Assembly: GCA_963792585.1 (NCBI GenBank)
Contig: CAWBWI010000001.1
Coordinates: 64,001-128,000 of the forward strand
From: Candidatus Eiseniibacteriota bacterium
GTDB lineage: Bacteria > Eisenbacteria > RBG-16-71-46 > CAIMUX01 > VGJL01
Length of the DNA stretch: 64,000 nucleotides
Reading direction: 5' to 3'
The notes beneath the pieces were generated by a model. It made no database searches, was not told the DNA's origin, and saw nothing but the letters and a program-made list of their open reading frames with translations. Position numbers and translations under genes: made by a program. Shown here piece after piece: positions 50,232 through 59,680 of this stretch. Positions within the stretch are counted from its first letter, which is position 1; the number at the start of each line of letters is the position of its first letter.

Positions 50232-50924
50232 ATGAGACTTTTGCGATCGCTTGTCATCATCCTGGCGGTCGGTTTCGCAATGGCTCCGGCCGTCGCCCTC
50301 GCCGACTGGACCGACAACTTCGATTCGTACGTGACCGGCACTGGCCTTCATGGTCAGGGTGGTTGGCACGGATGGGACGGCAGTTCTGGTGCCGACGCCA
50401 TTGTGACCGATTTCGTGGCGTTGAGTTCACCCAACTCCGTCAACGTCTCTGGTCCGTCTGACATCGTGCACGAGTACGGCGAGACGGCCGGGCTGTGGGT
50501 CTTCACTGCGTGGCAGTACATCCCCTCCGACTTTTCGGGGCAGAGCTACTTACTGCTGCTGAACACCTACAACGACTTCGGTCCGTACAACTGGTCCTGC
50601 CAGGTCTCTTTCAACAGCGTCGGCAATGTTGTCACCTCCGATCCCGAAGGCGCGACGTTGCCGATGATCACCGGGCAGTGGGTGGAGATCCGCGTCGAGA
50701 TCGATCTCGATGTGAACATGCAGACCTTCTACTACGGTGGCCAGCTGCTCTATCAGAAGAGCTGGACCGAGGGCATGTCCGGTGGGGGAGCCGACTACTT
50801 CGGAGCGGTCGACCTGTTCGCGAATGCCGCAAGCGCGATCTACTACGATGACCTCTCTCTGATGCCGCCGGCCACGCCGACACGCACCACGACCTGGGGT
50901 CAGGTGAAGGGGTTGTTCCGGTAG
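50232..50924 (+). CDS. Secreted ConA/lectin-like beta-sandwich protein with the WG C-terminal motif
   Basis: Signal peptide; DNFDSY...QGGW; GQWVEIRVEIDLD; YYDDLSL; ends TPTRTTTWGQVKGLFR. Confidence 0.8.
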   Translation: MRLLRSLVIILAVGFAMAPAVALADWTDNFDSYVTGTGLHGQGGWHGWDGSSGADAIVTDFVALSSPNSVNVSGPSDIVHEYGETAGLWVFTAWQYIPSDFSGQSYLLLLNTYNDFGPYNWSCQVSFNSVGNVVTSDPEGATLPMITGQWVEIRVEIDLDVNMQTFYYGGQLLYQKSWTEGMSGGGADYFGAVDLFANAASAIYYDDLSLMPPATPTRTTTWGQVKGLFR

Positions 50925-51295
50925 GGAATCCTCCCATTAGCCAGGTCTAGACGAAGAAACGCCTCGGTCGAGCGACCGGGGCGTTTCGACGTTCTTACGG
51001 AGTGGCCAGTACTCACGGCAGAGCGGGGATGCTCGAGTCGAGCTTCTCGATCGGTCCGCCTGCACACACCTCGATCCGGTGCCTGCTCGTGCTCGACTTG
51101 GCGGATGCTTTGGCGGGCCGTGGCGGTTTGGCGAGCGGGGGAGCTTCGGCTGGAGGGGAGCATGCGCTCGGCAGGTGGGACGCCGAGAGCAGGTGTGGTG
51201 CTCCATCATCGCAGTGACTCCGGTATTCGCCGGCACACGACTGCGCTTTCTTGATGCGCCCCGCGAATTTTCTGTCGGGTGATGGAACTTTTCCC

Positions 51296-51325
51296 TTGCG
51301 CGACCGTACATTTGTATGGTATTCA
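51296..51325 (+). promoter_or_regulatory. Putative promoter containing a LexA-box-like palindrome
   Basis: TTGCGC (-35) ... TGGTATTCA (-10 region); CGTAC-ATTT-GTATG at 51305..51318. Confidence 0.45.
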
Positions 51326-51334
51326 TCAGAACCC

Positions 51335-53983
51335 ATGTCAATCGACGGAAGCACATCGCCGGGCGGGAAGAAGTCGCGCGGCGCGGAGGAGTCACGGGGA
51401 TCGACGGATCCACGTGATCCACGTGATCCACGTGATCCACGTGACCCGCGTGGCATGGAGGACTCGCGCGAAGCGGGGGAAGTGCGTGGTCGGGAGGACA
51501 GGCTCGATGCGGGTGAAGCGCGTGGCGAGTTCGACCCCTCCGATGCCGCAGAGGCGCGCGGCGCGTTGGACTCGCGTGACTCGGTGGACTCGCGTGAGCC
51601 CGTGGATCCGCGTTGCGAGGCCGACCCTCTCGAAGCGGCAGAGGTGCGTGCCTGGGAGGACTGGCTCGACACGCTGGAATCGAACGACGCGAGGGAGCGG
51701 CTCGAAGCGGGACGAGCGCGTGACCCCAAGGGACCTCGTGCTGGGAAGGGATCCCGTGTGGGCAAGCGATCGAGCGGCGGGCCGAGATCGCGCGATGCGC
51801 AGAAGCCCCGGACCGACGAGCGATCGCGCAATGAGAAGCGGCCGCGCGGTGCCAAGAAGTCACGGCGCGCGGACAACAAGAACCCGGCGGCCTCCTCCAC
51901 CGGTCCCGAGCCTCGCCGGCATTTTGGCACGCCGATCACCGAGCTCGGTCTCCTCGCCGAGGAGACGCTCGCCCTGGCGATCGCCACGCGGGCGACCGAA
52001 GCGCAACTCCTGCGCGCCCAGGCCTCCCTCCTGGCCTGGCTCGCCGAAGGCAATCGGGTCGAACAATGCGGCTTCGCATCCCTGAGCAGCCTCGCCCTCG
52101 AGGTGGTGGGAATCCGCCCGCGCACGGTGCGCGAGCGCCTCGCGCTGCACCGCATCTTCCTGCGCCATCCGGCGATGGAGCGCGCGTTCTTGGCCGGGAA
52201 GATGACGGCCTGTCAGGCGCTCGCCGTCGCGCCCTTCCTGGCGGAGTGGGAGACCGCCATGGCCGAGGCGGCCGCATCAGCTGCGGCGGCCGGGGCGGCG
52301 GCTTCGGATACGGACACGACCGGGGCAACGAGCCCTGCCCCGGAGGGGACACGCCCCCACCCCCACCCCAACCCCAACCCCAACTTCGACTGGGCATCGG
52401 CGGCCTCCCACCTCTCCGTCCGCGAGCTGCGCTTCCAGGCGCGCCAGGTCCTGAAGGAGAAGTCCGAACGCGATCAGGCCCGCCACCGGGAGGAACATCC
52501 GGATGAGCCCGAGGGGCGCACGATCTCCTTCACGGCGCCCGCGGGTTTCCAGGTCGTCTTCGAGCAGATGATGGAGCTCGCGCGCAAGGTGCTCGGGCGC
52601 GATGCCCCGATCTACGAATGCTTCGAGGCCATGCTGCTGGAAACCGACTGGCTGGGGATCGGTCCGCAACAGGAGCCGCTGCGGTATCCCGAGCGGCGGT
52701 CGATTCCGATCATTCCCCGGGACAACGTCCCGCACCGGGAGGAAGCGATCGCCCATGCCCGGGAGACGCTCACCCAGGTGCGGGCCTACATCAAGGACGT
52801 GGCCGATCTGATCGAGCCTCATGAGCCGAAGTCCCCCCACGATGCGCTCTCTTCGCTCCGGCAGATCCACCTCCTGCGGGCCCCGCAGAAGGTCCTCTTC
52901 GCCCGCCTGCTGCGGGATCTGAGGCGCACCCAGGCGATGGACCTGCTCGGCTACCGCTCGATGGCCGAACTGGTGGAGGATCGCCTGCGCCTCTCCGAGC
53001 GCTCGGCGCGTAACCGGGTGGCCGAGTCGCTGCTTTTCGAGAGCGACGAGGAGATTGCCAGAGCATTCGCGGCGGGGGAGATCTCGATCATGCAGGCGCA
53101 CCTGATCCGGCGGCTGTCCTCCTCGTTCTCCCGCCGGCCGTTCGTCGCGCGGGCGCGGGAGGTGACCTGGCGGCAGTTCCAGCGCGAGTCCCGGTTGCTG
53201 GAGCTGCTGAGGAAATGCGATCTGGGGCGCGTGGCGGACAAACCGTTCCCGCAGGCGCGGGTGGAGGAGGCGTTGATCGCGGCCCTGGGAGGGGACCGGG
53301 AATCGATCGAGATCGCGCTCTTCCAGCACGGGATCCCGCCGCTGCCGCCGGATGGATCCGGCGATCCCGCGGAGAATCCCATCCTCATGGATCGGCTGGA
53401 GATGCTGGTGCATCTGCTGGCGTTGCGGCAGTGGGACGACGTGCCGGCGACGGGAGATGCGGACCGGCAAACGTCCGCCGCTGCGAGGCGGGAGGTGACG
53501 GTCCGTTTCTGGGCGCCGTTGACGGTTGCGGGAGATTTATCGAACGTAATGAACCGATATCGGAAACAGGAGCGGCCGTGGATCCCGATGTGGGCTGCGA
53601 TGACGGTGTTGTTCGCGCAGGTGACGGAGATCTGGGAGCAACAGGACCCGGAGCGGCGGCCGGTGCGCTCGAAGATCCTGAAGCGGGACCACTATCGCTG
53701 TGTGATCCCGGGTTGCACGAGTCGCAGTCATCTGGAGACGAGCCACAACCGTCCCCGCTCGCAGGGGGGGACGAACGATGCGGAGAATCTCTCGGTGGTC
53801 TGTCACACGCACCATCACCGGGGGATCCATGCGGGGTACGTGGCGATCGGCGGGCGCGCGCCTTACGCGCTGCGGTTCATGCTGGGACTGCGGCGGGAGG
53901 GTCCGCCTCTGTTGATCTACAAGGGCAACAGGCTGGTGAAGGGGCCGTTCGATGCGGCGCCGCGGGAGGGTGCTGAGGAATAG
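51335..53983 (+). CDS. DUF222-like (13E12 repeat-type) protein with C-terminal HNH endonuclease
   Basis: RDHYRCVIPGC...SHNRPRSQGGTNDAENLSVVCHTHHH..IHAG; two related G[FY]xS...E..[GR][IL]..R..R.R segments; start uncertain. Confidence 0.8.
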   Translation: MSIDGSTSPGGKKSRGAEESRGSTDPRDPRDPRDPRDPRGMEDSREAGEVRGREDRLDAGEARGEFDPSDAAEARGALDSRDSVDSREPVDPRCEADPLEAAEVRAWEDWLDTLESNDARERLEAGRARDPKGPRAGKGSRVGKRSSGGPRSRDAQKPRTDERSRNEKRPRGAKKSRRADNKNPAASSTGPEPRRHFGTPITELGLLAEETLALAIATRATEAQLLRAQASLLAWLAEGNRVEQCGFASLSSLALEVVGIRPRTVRERLALHRIFLRHPAMERAFLAGKMTACQALAVAPFLAEWETAMAEAAASAAAAGAAASDTDTTGATSPAPEGTRPHPHPNPNPNFDWASAASHLSVRELRFQARQVLKEKSERDQARHREEHPDEPEGRTISFTAPAGFQVVFEQMMELARKVLGRDAPIYECFEAMLLETDWLGIGPQQEPLRYPERRSIPIIPRDNVPHREEAIAHARETLTQVRAYIKDVADLIEPHEPKSPHDALSSLRQIHLLRAPQKVLFARLLRDLRRTQAMDLLGYRSMAELVEDRLRLSERSARNRVAESLLFESDEEIARAFAAGEISIMQAHLIRRLSSSFSRRPFVARAREVTWRQFQRESRLLELLRKCDLGRVADKPFPQARVEEALIAALGGDRESIEIALFQHGIPPLPPDGSGDPAENPILMDRLEMLVHLLALRQWDDVPATGDADRQTSAAARREVTVRFWAPLTVAGDLSNVMNRYRKQERPWIPMWAAMTVLFAQVTEIWEQQDPERRPVRSKILKRDHYRCVIPGCTSRSHLETSHNRPRSQGGTNDAENLSVVCHTHHHRGIHAGYVAIGGRAPYALRFMLGLRREGPPLLIYKGNRLVKGPFDAAPREGAEE
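51407..51451 (+). repeat. 9-bp tandem repeat (GATCCACGT)x4 plus GACCCGCGT
   Basis: Read directly; encodes (DPR)5. Confidence 0.95.
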
Positions 53984-54071
53984 CGGGCGGGCCGCAAGAA
54001 AGTGGGCGGCGAACGTCGACAGAAACGCGATGGCGGGGAGACGGTCGACGCTTCCCGCCTGGTCGCGCTCG

Positions 54072-54130
54072 CGACTGCGTGTCCGGCTGCGCGTTCGACT
54101 GCGCACCAGAATGCGCACCCGACGGCACAC
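54072..54130. repeat. Degenerate 12-bp tandem repeat downstream of the HNH gene
   Basis: CGACTGCGTGTC CGGCTGCGCGTT CGACTGCGCACC AGAATGCGCACC CGACGGCACAC. Confidence 0.7.
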
Positions 54131-54217
54131 ATGGCCCCACAAGCAGGCGGGTCACCGGTCCCGCCATCTCGCCCAGCGAGCAGCGCATGCGGGCTCGGTT
54201 CCCGCCTACTCAGAGAC

Positions 54218-56563
54218 TCAGCGAACGATCGCGATTGGCAAGATCCTCACGGCGCCGTCCCCGCGAATCCTCGCGAAGTATCGGCCGGCGGGGAGAAGTC
54301 GCCCCGCCTCGTCCCGGCCGTCCCACAGGATCGAGTGCGTGCCCGCCTCGAGGTCTCCTGCACGGAGACGGCGCACGATCCGGCCCGCCACGTCGACCAC
54401 GTCGACCGCGGAGCGTCCGGCGGTGGCGAGAGTGTAGGTGATTCTACCTGCCCCCTGGATCGGGTTCGGCCGAACCGAGATCGTCGTCGATGCAACCGGC
54501 GCCGGCTCCTCGGCCCCCGCCGGATCCCTCTCGATCAGGAGTTTCGCCACGAAGACATCCGAGAAGTCGCCGTTGTAGTCGGGGTCATACGCGCCGTCCG
54601 TCGACGGAAACGTCGCGTCACCGGCGATGCCTGCGACGATCGCCTGTCCCAGCCCCGAGACCACAAGGTCGAGTCCGTAGTCGTCCCCGGATCCGCCGAG
54701 GAAGCTGCTCCAATCGAGCGCGGATCCATCCTGAGCCAGCCGCGCGACCCAGACATCGCTCGCGCCGTTGTGCGAGGTGTCGTAGCCGTCCGCAGTGGTC
54801 GGGAAATCGGATGCGGGCGTGCTGCCCGCGACGATCGGCCGGTCCGCCTCGTCGACATCGATGCCGAATGCCGTTTCATAGAACGGCACGGTTCCACCGA
54901 GGAACGTCGCCCAGAGGATGGTTCCCGTGTCGCTCTTCAGCTTGGCGACATAGACGTCATCATCACCGTTGTACCCCACATCAAACGCGCCGTCCGTCAC
55001 CGGGAAGTCGGGGGAGCCCGTTTCGCCGCAGACGAAGAGGTTCCCGTTGCGATCGAGGGCGAGACCGTTTCCATAGTCGGCGCCGGAGCCCCCGAATAGG
55101 CGGGTCCAGATAAGGTCACTTCCGTCCGGCCTCACCTTGCACGCAAAACCATCGTAGAGGCCCCCGGCAAATCCATCGCCCGGAAAGTCGGCCGATGCGG
55201 AATAGCCGATGACGAAGGGCGCGCCGTCGGGACCCACCTCGAGCGCGCTCGCCCCATCGTAGGCGTTGCCGCCGATCAGGGTGCTCCACGCGAGAATATC
55301 GCCGGACCCGGTCAGAACGGAGACGAAGGCGTCCTCCTCACCGTTCGGCGAGGTGTCGTAGGCACCGGGAGTCGTGGGGAAGTCGGGGGAGAGCGTGCGT
55401 CCGGCGACCACCGGGTTCCCCTCGGAGTCCGTGTTGATCGCGTAGCCGATATCGTAGTCTAGTCCGCCCAGATAAGTTCCCCAGAGCAGTTGGGATCCAT
55501 CCTGGGACAGCTTGGAGACGAAGACGTCGACGCCTCCGTTGAAGCCGGAGTCGTATGCGCCCGGGGTCACGGGAAAATCAGATGACCACGTGTAACCGGT
55601 GACCATCGGATTCCCAAAGGGATCCAGGGCCACAGCGTAGCCATAGTCGAAGTTCATCGCGGTTCCGCCGAGGAACGTGCTCCAGAGAAGTTCCGATCCA
55701 TCCGCTGAGAGCTTCGACACGAATACATCGCCGAGTCCCTGGTATGTCCGATCGTATGCACCCGGCGTGGTCGGAAACGCCGTGGAGAAGGTGACCCCGG
55801 CCACGACGGGGTGGTCGTCGGCGTCCACGGTGACGGACCATGCGATCTCCTCGCTCGTGCCGCCCAGGAAAGTGCTCCAGAGCAAACGCGAGGCGTCATC
55901 GCGCCCGGCGACTCCGCCGCGACCGATCCGCCCACGAGCGTATGCGGGGTCTGCCCCTCCTGTGTCCCATAGCCCTGCCCCATCCGCGGCCCCGTCGGCT
56001 CCTTCAACGATGAAGCGCGCGCTCCGCAAATCGGCCCCATCCCTGGCCACAGGCGTGCAAATGACGCGCCCATCCTCGATCGCGTACGTGAGATCGATCC
56101 CCGGCCATAGGTCACGGTAGACGACGCTGGAAAACGCGGGGACGTCGCTGTGCCAGTCGGCAGGATCCTGTCCGTAGAAGAAATTGAGTCGCATCGGCAG
56201 GGGGCCGACGCCCTCTACCGGCGCCCCGACCCGGCCACCGTCGAATCGAATCCAGACCGTCCGGCCGCGCCGGTGGAGGGGAGGGGCGAGGTCGACGCCG
56301 ACACGTTTCTCGATGCGCGCGGGCCCCTGGGTCTGCCACTGATCGATCACGACCGCCGTCCGCGTAAAGAAAACGGCGGCATTTGGACCGGTCGCGTAGA
56401 AGAGAACTCTGGGGTCCATCTGGCCACGGTTGACGACGAATCCCGTCGCCGGCGGCAGGGCTTCCGGGGCGGGCGCGGCGTGCGCGGGACCCCAGACGCA
56501 CATCGATGCGAGGGCGAGACCTATAAACTCGATCGGCCGGGACAGAAAGCTGCGGATTGCCAT
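54218..56563 (-). CDS. Secreted SBBP-repeat beta-propeller protein with FlgD-Ig-like C-terminal domain
   Basis: AAGGAG/GAGG and ATG; FVVNRGQ; repeated WSTFLGG...GxTxSxDFPTTPGAYD...DVFVSKL; PNP...DVAGRIVR...WDGRDEAG. Confidence 0.9.
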   Translation of the reverse strand: MAIRSFLSRPIEFIGLALASMCVWGPAHAAPAPEALPPATGFVVNRGQMDPRVLFYATGPNAAVFFTRTAVVIDQWQTQGPARIEKRVGVDLAPPLHRRGRTVWIRFDGGRVGAPVEGVGPLPMRLNFFYGQDPADWHSDVPAFSSVVYRDLWPGIDLTYAIEDGRVICTPVARDGADLRSARFIVEGADGAADGAGLWDTGGADPAYARGRIGRGGVAGRDDASRLLWSTFLGGTSEEIAWSVTVDADDHPVVAGVTFSTAFPTTPGAYDRTYQGLGDVFVSKLSADGSELLWSTFLGGTAMNFDYGYAVALDPFGNPMVTGYTWSSDFPVTPGAYDSGFNGGVDVFVSKLSQDGSQLLWGTYLGGLDYDIGYAINTDSEGNPVVAGRTLSPDFPTTPGAYDTSPNGEEDAFVSVLTGSGDILAWSTLIGGNAYDGASALEVGPDGAPFVIGYSASADFPGDGFAGGLYDGFACKVRPDGSDLIWTRLFGGSGADYGNGLALDRNGNLFVCGETGSPDFPVTDGAFDVGYNGDDDVYVAKLKSDTGTILWATFLGGTVPFYETAFGIDVDEADRPIVAGSTPASDFPTTADGYDTSHNGASDVWVARLAQDGSALDWSSFLGGSGDDYGLDLVVSGLGQAIVAGIAGDATFPSTDGAYDPDYNGDFSDVFVAKLLIERDPAGAEEPAPVASTTISVRPNPIQGAGRITYTLATAGRSAVDVVDVAGRIVRRLRAGDLEAGTHSILWDGRDEAGRLLPAGRYFARIRGDGAVRILPIAIVR

Positions 56564-56768
56564 GGGGCACCTCTCCTTTTGATTCGGCCGCCTTCCCGCA
56601 GTCCAACGAATATGGTGCACCGGAGGATCACCATGATACACCTTCGGACGGCTGTCCCGGCGGGCGCCGTCGGCTGGTGCGCCTTTGGTTGGGCATCTTC
56701 GGCCGGTCTCCTCGGCCGGTCTCCTGCTCGGCATCGACGCGGCCCGAGCCGTTTCGCAAGCGTCTCCC

Positions 56769-58037
56769 TCACCGCCGATCCGCGGTCGGCGGATCCTCCC
56801 CCGTGATCAAGCGGATCCCTCGCTGATAGGTCACGTAAGCCCAGGCCCATTGGAACAGCACAAGCGCGCGGTTTCGATACTCGATCAGATAGGCGATGTG
56901 GATGAATACCCAGAGGAGCCAGGCGGCGAAACCGCTGAACCGGAGCCGCCCGAAGTCGGCAACCGCGGCCGCGCGCCCGATCGTCGCGAGGGCTCCCTTG
57001 TTCCAGTACCGGAACGCAGTTCGCGGCCGTCCGGTCAGATCGGCGCGGATGCACAGCGCCGCGTGACGCCCCATTTGCATCGCCGCGGGCGCAACGCCGG
57101 GAATCGGTCCCCCGTCCTGCTCAAGGTGCGCGAGATCGCCGATGACGAACACCTCGTGGTGATCCGGGACAGAGCAGTCGGGCGTGACCTTCAACCTCCC
57201 CGCGTGATCGAGCGGCAGGCCGAGACCGGCTCCCAGCGGCGACGCGACGACGCCCGCGGCCCAGAAGACGTTTCCGGCCTGAATTCGCTCTGCGCCGATC
57301 CGGACCGCGCCGTCCTCGATCTGCGTCACAACGGCGCCGGTTCTCACCTCGACCCCGAGGCGTTCCAATTGCCTGCGCGCCTTCTCACACAGGTCGGGTG
57401 GATAGGTCGGCAGCACGCGATCCGCCCCTTCGACCAGGAGCACCCGAGCGGTCCGCGTGTCGATCGCGCGGAAGTCCCGCGGCATCGACCGGCGCGCGAC
57501 CTCGCTCATGGCGCCGGCCAGCTCGACGCCGGTCGGCCCTCCGCCGACGATGACGAACGTCAGGAGCGCCCGCCGCCGCGCGGAGTCCGCCTCCCGCTCC
57601 GCCGCCTCGAAGGCCCGGAGAAACCTGCCTCGGATCGCCGTGGCGTCCTCCAGGGTCTTCAGACCCGGCGCACGGTCTCCCCATTCCGCATGTCCGAAGT
57701 AGCCATGCGTGACCCCCGTCGCGACCACGAGGTAGTCGTATGCGATTTCCGCGTCCCGCAGGACGACCGTCCGCCGGGCGAGATCGATACGGAGCGCCTC
57801 TGCCATCCAGACTTCGGCGTTCCGCTGTCTCCTGAGTACCGCGCGGATCGGGTAGGCTACATCGCCGGGCGACAGGGCGGCGGTCGCGACCTGATAGAGG
57901 AGCGGTTGGAAGACATGGTGGTTGCGCCGGTCGATCAACGTGACGCGCACGCGGGCGCGCCCCAGGGCCCGCGCGCAGTAGAGGCCCCCGAAGCCGCCCC
58001 CGAGGATCACGACATGAGGAGTTCCTTCGCCTGCCAT
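56769..58037 (-). CDS. ndh: Type II NADH:quinone oxidoreductase
   Basis: VVILGGGFGG; HVFQPLLYQVATA; VGGGPTGVELAG; WAAGV; IGDLA; AMQMG; KGALATIGR. Confidence 0.9.
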   Translation of the reverse strand: MAGEGTPHVVILGGGFGGLYCARALGRARVRVTLIDRRNHHVFQPLLYQVATAALSPGDVAYPIRAVLRRQRNAEVWMAEALRIDLARRTVVLRDAEIAYDYLVVATGVTHGYFGHAEWGDRAPGLKTLEDATAIRGRFLRAFEAAEREADSARRRALLTFVIVGGGPTGVELAGAMSEVARRSMPRDFRAIDTRTARVLLVEGADRVLPTYPPDLCEKARRQLERLGVEVRTGAVVTQIEDGAVRIGAERIQAGNVFWAAGVVASPLGAGLGLPLDHAGRLKVTPDCSVPDHHEVFVIGDLAHLEQDGGPIPGVAPAAMQMGRHAALCIRADLTGRPRTAFRYWNKGALATIGRAAAVADFGRLRFSGFAAWLLWVFIHIAYLIEYRNRALVLFQWAWAYVTYQRGIRLITGEDPPTADRR

Positions 58038-58255
58038 GCGGGTAGTATACCGATCCTGCCGACAACCCGACCCCCGTTGCGGGCGCGGTAGAGCGCTGCA
58101 CAATATGCTGAATCCCGGCAGGGCCGCGCAAGGACGCGCTGGGCCATGGGGCCACAGGAACACTCAGGCTCCTCCTCGTTCCCGGATCGGAACGGGTATA
58201 CTCGGGCCCACCCTGACGGTGGAAGTCGCCCCAACCCTGATCAAGGAGGCATGAC

Positions 58256-59185
58256 GTGCATAGACTGTTCGCTGCAGGACTCTTCGTTCTCTCATGTTCC
58301 GCTGCGTCGGCGGCGGAAGTGATCAACGTCGAGTTCAAATTCACCCCATTCGTCGGTAATCCGGTCTCCGAGGATCAAGTCAAGACCGTGGCCGGAACGG
58401 CACGCATCTTCGTGAACGGCATTCCGTATGCCGAGCAGGAAGTGGGGGAGAACGACGTGCCGGTGATGTTCGACGAGCGCGAGATCGCGGCCGCGGTCTG
58501 GCTTCCAACGCAGTCGTGCGGGTCGATCCTGCGGAAGGGCAAGAACACGGTCCGGATCGAATTCGAACCCGTGGACGCGAAACTGCTCTATCGGGCGCAG
58601 TTTCGCTGGGCAGCCGTGATGGATGAGAGCACGGAGGAGAGTTCGGACGGTTCGTACGCGGCAACGAACCAGTCGGGCGAGGGGGGCGAGGAGAAGGAGG
58701 GGAGCGGGACGCTCGCCTTCGAACGGGAGTTCCAGGCGGGTTTCGCGGTCGACCAACCCTGGCATCATGCTCCCCCTGTAACGGCGCTCGACGAGGCGGA
58801 CAGAAAGGCGCTTGCCGCGCTGGTCACAGGGCGGGTCGAGGCGTTCCGGCCCGACTTCGCAAAGGTCTACGCGCTTCTGGAGGGTCGGGAGGGAATCGAT
58901 GTCGCGGCACTCAAGGAGGCGAAGTGCCTGGACAAGGCGTACGAAATCGGCGCTCGAATCGCCTCACCACCGGCTTCCGAAATCGACTTCCTGGTGACGG
59001 GGAACCCCGAGGTCGTGATCCGGGCGAAGCAAGGGAATCTCTTCTTCCCCGCCGACATGTCGGCGTTCCAGCGAATCACGGACGAAGACGTTCAGATGTG
59101 TGTCGGCATGGCATTCTCAGCGATCTATCCGCCGCGCATTCTGGTTGTCCGCTCGGCATCGGGCGGGTGGCAGCTTATCGAGTAG
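58256..59185 (+). CDS. Hypothetical secreted protein
   Basis: AAGGAGG with GTG start; signal peptide; long ORF with normal amino-acid composition. Confidence 0.75.
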   Translation: MHRLFAAGLFVLSCSAASAAEVINVEFKFTPFVGNPVSEDQVKTVAGTARIFVNGIPYAEQEVGENDVPVMFDEREIAAAVWLPTQSCGSILRKGKNTVRIEFEPVDAKLLYRAQFRWAAVMDESTEESSDGSYAATNQSGEGGEEKEGSGTLAFEREFQAGFAVDQPWHHAPPVTALDEADRKALAALVTGRVEAFRPDFAKVYALLEGREGIDVAALKEAKCLDKAYEIGARIASPPASEIDFLVTGNPEVVIRAKQGNLFFPADMSAFQRITDEDVQMCVGMAFSAIYPPRILVVRSASGGWQLIE

Positions 59186-59199
59186 CGGGCGGGGGGCGA

Positions 59200-59649
59200 T
59201 CAGTATCCGGCCCCGCGTGCCAGGGCGGCCGCGATGACCACCATGACGATCACGAGGAGCAGCTGAGCATGGCTGATCCCGATGAAGAGCTTGGCTCGCC
59301 GGGTGTCCACCGCCTTCCCCTTGGCCAAGGCGGATCGCCAGCGAATCAGCCCGAGCATGGGCACGATCTCCAGGAGCAGGATCAACACGAGGAGCGACAT
59401 CTTCGCCCAGAACAGATGATTGTGTAGGTAGTAGGCAGAGCCCTTTTCCATTCGCGAGAATGCCCGCCCGAGTCCGGTCACGATCCACAACCCGCCGGCG
59501 ACGCCCCAGAGGACGTCGGCGTAGAACACCCGCCGGAGGCCTACGGCATCCAGCGGTCCACGCAGTGCGCGGGCTCGGGCCCATATGGCGCCCACTCCGA
59601 TCCCGAGCGCAAGCAGGTGAAGCGAGGCGAAGACCAAACGAATCAGCAT
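59200..59649 (-). CDS. DUF2214 family membrane protein
   Basis: LHLLALGIG; ADVLWG; EKGSAYY; FWAKM; LIRWR; ARGAG. Confidence 0.85.
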   Translation of the reverse strand: MLIRLVFASLHLLALGIGVGAIWARARALRGPLDAVGLRRVFYADVLWGVAGGLWIVTGLGRAFSRMEKGSAYYLHNHLFWAKMSLLVLILLLEIVPMLGLIRWRSALAKGKAVDTRRAKLFIGISHAQLLLVIVMVVIAAALARGAGY

Positions 59650-59680
59650 GACGGCTCCTTTCGTCGGTGACGCCGACCCA

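Noticed and set aside
51407..54130. Tandem repeats considered as a CRISPR array
   Set aside because: The units are 9-12 bp with no unique spacers, and no cas genes are present.
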